Positions 35,480-40,243 of a DNA stretch of 40,243 bases are shown piece by piece. The stretch is taken from assembly GCA_051453625.1 (NCBI GenBank), contig JBOZIK010000001.1, positions 7,779,715 to 7,819,957 on the forward strand. The letters run 5' to 3'. How positions within the stretch are numbered: the first letter of the stretch is position 1; each line of letters opens with the position of its first letter. A model generated the notes under the pieces. That model did not search any database and was not told the origin of the DNA. It saw only the letters and a list, made by a program, of their open reading frames with translations. The translations under genes and the position numbers were made by a program. Source of the stretch: Welwitschia mirabilis. Lineage: Eukaryota.

Positions 35480-38400
35480 TCATGATAGGAACTTCAAATT
35501 TGAATGAAAATATTACACTTAAATATTTAATTACTAATAGGAAATGTAAAATCTAAAATCATTTCAATTTACCTGCTGGAGATGATGTGGAATTAAGAAA
35601 CTTGGGTGTCTATTCAACATTTTTAAGGAAACCTGAGGAAGATCCTTTCCAACATCTAGCTGATATTGAATAACTTGTGCTTACCTCAGAAAATGGAAAG
35701 GAATGCATTAATGATTATACTTATATGATTATCTTTTTAATCATACTTAGATAAAAGGTAAAACTTGGCTTAAAACCATTCCACATAAGAGTCTTAAATT
35801 ATGGAGTCAAGTGCAAGAAGTTTTTATTAAAAGATTCCTAAGTAAAAATACCATGAGAAAAAGAAAGAAGGAAGTTACCAACTTTTAACAACAACCTCAT
35901 GAGGATTATTACATAACTTATGAGTATTTTATCATATCTATTCATTCCAACCTTGTTAATGAATTTTGTAAAAATGAATTGGTAGATTATTTCTATAATG
36001 GATTGACTAGTCAAATTAAATAACTTATAGAGTTTTCTTATGATGAACTTTAGATGAACTTAGTCTAAGAGGATGCATGGAATGTGTTGGAAAATCTAGT
36101 AGAGATAAGTAAAACTTAGCCAAAATACATTAAGAAAAATCAAACTGTAGGCCAAATTATAAAAGATTTAAAGAAAGTAAAACATGACAAGGAAGAAGAG
36201 AAAGGTGATTCAACTAACTTAATTAAGTATTTTACTAACAATTTGGAGAAGTACATTAATTAATAGTTGATGTATAGGTAGTAAAAGATGAAAACACCAC
36301 TTCAACATGTGATATTTATGAAGACAACTCTCATCAAACTACAGAGTGTTACTTGTTATTAACTTGTAAAGACAGGATGTTTGAGGAAGTATGTGCATTT
36401 AACCAAAGAACACCTAATTTTAAAGGCTAAATACAATCTTAACAAAGATTAGGTGGATAAGCACAATGAAAATCTTTTGAGAATAGATTCAAAAATTTAA
36501 AATTTCCACTAAATAACCTTATTTTTTAACAAACCAAAATGATTCACTTGGACATTCTATAGAAACATTAAAAAAGGTGTATGAAAATACTAACAATAAT
36601 ATTAGAAACTTAGTGAATGTGCTTCCAAACGATGCTCACCAATCAAAGACCATAAGGGTCTCTTGAATCTTAACCTTTACCTAATCCAAATAAAGTCAAA
36701 AGGGATTTGAGGCTAGTAACGAAAAGTGAAAATGAGACAACACTAAGGTTTCNNNNNNNNNNACTTCTCATAAACTTCACATGTTAAAAGCACCACTAAA
36801 AATTCTTCACAAGAAAACAAAGAAAAGAAACCATCTACTCCTTTGCTTAATAGGTTAAACATAAATCCAACCTATGATGAGTACTTGAATACCTTGATGT
36901 AAGAGGTAAACATCAACTTACCTTCTTGGAAACTCTTGCAAGAAAATCCTAAATATTCTAAGTTATGGAAAAACCTAGTAATAAGAAAATAATAATATAC
37001 CANNNNNNNNNNNNNNNNNNNNNNNNNNNNNNNNNNNNNNNNNNNNNNNNNNNNNNNNNNNNNNNNNNNNNNNNNNNNNNNNNNNNNNNNNNNNNNNNNN
37101 NNCAAGAAAATAAAGAAAAGAAACCATCTACTCCTTGGCTTCATAGGTTAAACACAAATCTAAACTATGATGAGCACTTGAATACCTTGATGTAAGAGGT
37201 AAATATTAACTTACCTTCTTGGAAACTTTTGTAAGAAAATCCTAATTATTCTAAGTTATAGAAAAACCTAGTGAGAAGAAAATAATAATGTACCATTCCT
37301 AGCAAATTTTTTCTTACTCATTATATTTCCAACTTAGTCATAAATAAGTGTTCTAAATTCAAAGACCCTCAGCAACAAGAAGCGTCATATTGAAAGGAAA
37401 CAAAAGAACTTAAAAAGCTTTAATTGACATAGGAACTAGTGTAAACATCATGCCTCTTCTCATATGTAAAAATCTCAGGTTGGAAAATAGAATAGAACCT
37501 ACATGAATCATCTTGAAATTGGCTAATACCTCAATTAATAAACCCTTAGGAATTATTAAGGACCTAGTCATGCAAATAGAAGAAGCCTTTTACCCCATAG
37601 CTGTAGTCATTATTTATGTAGAAAATGATGGAGGTTATCCACTACTCTTAGGAAGAGCATTTTGTGCAACTTCCCACTAAATCAATAATACATGGATCAA
37701 AATGATGAAATGTCATATAGGCAATAAGAAGTTCATCANNNNNNNNNNNNNNNNNNNNNNNNNNNNNNNNNNNNNNNNNNNNNNNNNNNNNNNNNNNNNN
37801 NNNNNNNNNNNNNNNNNNNNNNNNNNNNNNNNNNNNNNNNNNNNNNNNNNNNNNNNNNNNNNNNNNNNNNNNNNNNNNNNNNNNNNNNNNNNNNNNNNNN
37901 NNNNNNNNNNNNNNNNNNNNNNNNNNNNNNNNNNNNNNNNNNNNNNNNNNNNNNNNNNNNNNNNNNNNNNNNNNNNNNNNNNNNNNNNNNNNNNNNNNNN
38001 NNNNNNNNNNNNNNNNNNNNNNNNNNNNNNNNNNNNNNNNNNNNNNNNNNNNNNNNNNNNNNNNNNNNNNNNNNNNNNNNNNNNNNNNNNNNNNNNNNGG
38101 TGATCTTCTTATTCCTCAATAAGAATCCAACTTGATCTCACTTTTAACTTCTAAAGAAGATGCCTTCGCTTGGTCTAGCTGCTATCTCTATTTTTATAAT
38201 TCAACATATAATTTACCTTAAGGATAATGATAAACCTATTAGAAAACCCCATTGAAGGCTCAACCTAACTCTTAAGGAAGTAGTTAAAGATAAAATTATT
38301 AAACTTATGGATGCTAGGATCATGTATCCGATAATGAGTGGGTTAGCCATTTAATAGTAGTTCCAAAAAATGGATGGGAAATGAATAATGTGCATTGATT

Positions 38401-40243
38401 TTATAAAAATTAATGAGGCCACCAAAAACAATTATTTCCCTTTCTTGATTCAGTGCTTGATAGAATCCAAGGAGATGCCTACTATTATTTTCTCGATGGA
38501 TATGGTGGCTACAATCAATTTTGCATAGCAAGTAAAGACCAAGAAAAAACAACTTTTACCTTATCCTTTGGAATCTTTACCTTTAGACGGATGTCTTTTG
38601 GACTTTACAATGCCCCTGGGACTTTCTAATAAGTAATGATGAGGATTTTTTTTAACATGAGAGAGGATTATATTAAAATTTTTATGGATGACTTCTCCAT
38701 CTTTAATCACACTTTTGAACAAATAATAAAAAGATGAGAGCAAGTCTTGAATCAATGTATAGAAAGTGGCTTACATTTGAGTTGGAGAAAAAGTTTCCTC
38801 TTTGTTTATAATGGAATTATTTTAGGTTATTACTTTTTTTAATGAAAGTATTAAGATGGGTCCTATAAAAGTTGGTATCATTAAAAACCTTAGCCCTCCA
38901 ACCAGTGTCAAGAAAGTTAGATTATTCCTTGGTTATGCTTGTTTCTATTATTATTTTATTCATGAGTATGCTAAGGTTTATAAATCCCTTAACTTATTAC
39001 TAGAAAAAGATGCTAAATTTGATTGGGACAATTCATGTCAAGTTGCTTATGATACACTTAAGGATAAAATTTCTTTTAAACCTATTATCATGGGTTTAGA
39101 TTAGACTAAAAAGTTTAAACTCATGTGTGATGTAAGCAATATTGCTGTTGGTGGNNNNNNNNNNTCCAATTAATCTACATTAATACTAAAAGGGAAATGC
39201 TTGCCATCATATTTTGCCTTGATCATTTTAGATACTATCTTCTTAGCTTTCATACCAATATTTACACAGATCATGTTGTCTTACGCTATCTTATGATTAA
39301 GAAATATTCTAGTGCTAGACTTATTCAATACATATTTCACATGTAAGAATTTAATCTCACTAGCATCGATAAGGCTAGGAAACATAATAGCATTGCAGAT
39401 CATTTATCTTAACTTTATTATTCTCACAATGAATTTTTCATAAACAACTCCTTTCCAGATGAATAACTATTTTCTATTAAATAACTTTATGTCATGTCTT
39501 CTATTCATCCTACTCCTTGGTATGCTGATATTGTGAATTACCTTGTTACCATGAAGACACCTCAACATTGAAACCATAACCAATGAAAATCTTTTCTTCC
39601 TAGGATCAGTAACTATGAGTGAAATGAATCCCATCTTTAGAGAAGATGCAAAGAGCAAATCATGCGTAAATGTGTGCTTGAATGGAAAATATTAGAAATC
39701 CTTAACCTTTACCATGATGGGTTATGTGAGGAACACTTTAGTGGTCAAAAGAATATAATAAAAATTATTCATTATGGTTTTTATTAGTCTATCCTTTTTA
39801 AAGACTTGTTTCACTTTGCTAGAAGGTGTGATGCTTGTCAATGTTATGGTAGCATAACTTGTTCTTAAGATATACCCCTTAAACCTATGCTTAAATATGA
39901 ACCTTTTGATTTTTTGGGGATTAACTTTATAGGTTTTATTAAACCATCTTTTTATAACAAAAATTACATTTTATTGGCTGTTGATTATGTTACTAAGTGT
40001 GTTAAAGATATTCCTATTAACAATAATGATGCCTAAATTATTTGAAATTTTGTCTGAACTCATATATTTCAATATTTAATTTTTCAAGAATCATCACTAG
40101 CAATTAAGAAACTCATTTTATTAATTACCTTTTTTGAAAACTTCTTTTATCCATCACCGTTGAAGATAGAATTACATTTATTTATCATCCACAAACTAAT
40201 GATCAAGCCAAAAAAAATGAATAGAGAAATTAAAAAGATGCTC
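35480..40243 (+). pseudogene. gag-pol: gag-pol pseudogene of element C
   Basis: Gag: STFLRKPEEDPFQHL..KTWLKTIPHKSL.LWSQVQEVFIKRF (35614-35838). Protease: KALIDIGTSVNIMP (~37415). RT: RLNLTLKEVVKDKIIKLMDA, FLDGYGGYNQ, RMSFGLYNAPGTF and KIFMDDFSI (~38675). RNase H: FKLMCDVSNIAVG (~39114). Integrase: HDGLCEEHF..CDACQ (39712-39841) and PFDFLGINFIG (~39902). Confidence 0.92.

Larger units (their letters stand above)
1..37290. other. Repeated overlapping duplications flanking mostly 100-N scaffold gaps (assembly mosaic of two diverged copies)
   Basis: Approximate pairs: 1-283/484-765; 4031-4103/4204-4274; 5445-5872/5973-6402; 12221-12386/12487-12648; 12999-13214/13315-13574; 14547-14904/15005-15364; 16146-16380/16575-16808; 17487-18016/18117-18645; 25588-26278/26379-27067; 27124-27363/27464-27704; 31547-31636/31737-31825; 32014-32253/32354-32600; 33407-34266/34472-35315; 36809-37001/37103-37290. 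Confidence 0.85.
32080..40243 (+). mobile_element. Element C: degenerate Ty3/gypsy Athila-type LTR retrotransposon, truncated by the window end
   Basis: LTR with terminal inverted repeat, tRNA-Asp-type PBS, long 5' UTR, and gypsy domain order gag-PR-RT-RH-INT with Athila-like motifs. Confidence 0.9.

Noticed and set aside
1..40243. Fungal RIP as the cause of the extreme C>T/G>A decay, and any species assignment
   Set aside because: The elements are plant lineages (Sirevirus, Athila), so methyl-cytosine deamination is the simpler explanation. The host species cannot be determined from this sequence.

Overview
This is a very AT-rich, gap-riddled window of plant (angiosperm-type) nuclear DNA. 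I find no intact protein-coding gene, RNA gene or CRISPR array. About 70% of it (11.7-40.2 kb) is a three-level nest of dead LTR retrotransposons. (A) A + strand Ty1/copia Sirevirus (SIRE/Maximus-type) has a 5' LTR, tRNA-iMet PBS, gag-pol, an extra env-like ORF and a PPT. It also carries an Athila-type LTR inside its extra-ORF region. (B) A second, different Sirevirus on the - strand sits in the 3' LTR of A. (C) A + strand Athila-type Ty3/gypsy element sits in the integrase of B and runs off the window. The first 11.7 kb holds older relics: an L1 LINE ORF2 3' fragment, a probable PIF/Harbinger remnant, a possible LINE ORF1 remnant and microsatellites. Most 100-N gaps are flanked by overlapping copies of the same sequence that differ by roughly 5-10% by eye, so the scaffold looks like a mosaic of two diverged haplotypes or homeologs. 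The most interesting biology is that both Sireviruses repeat their own family-specific LTR palindrome cluster right after pol, ahead of the extra ORF, suggesting a duplicated internal promoter. These palindromes also record CpG deamination on both strands. I found no convincing wholly new system. All identities are estimates by eye and all family calls come from recognised motifs, not database searches.
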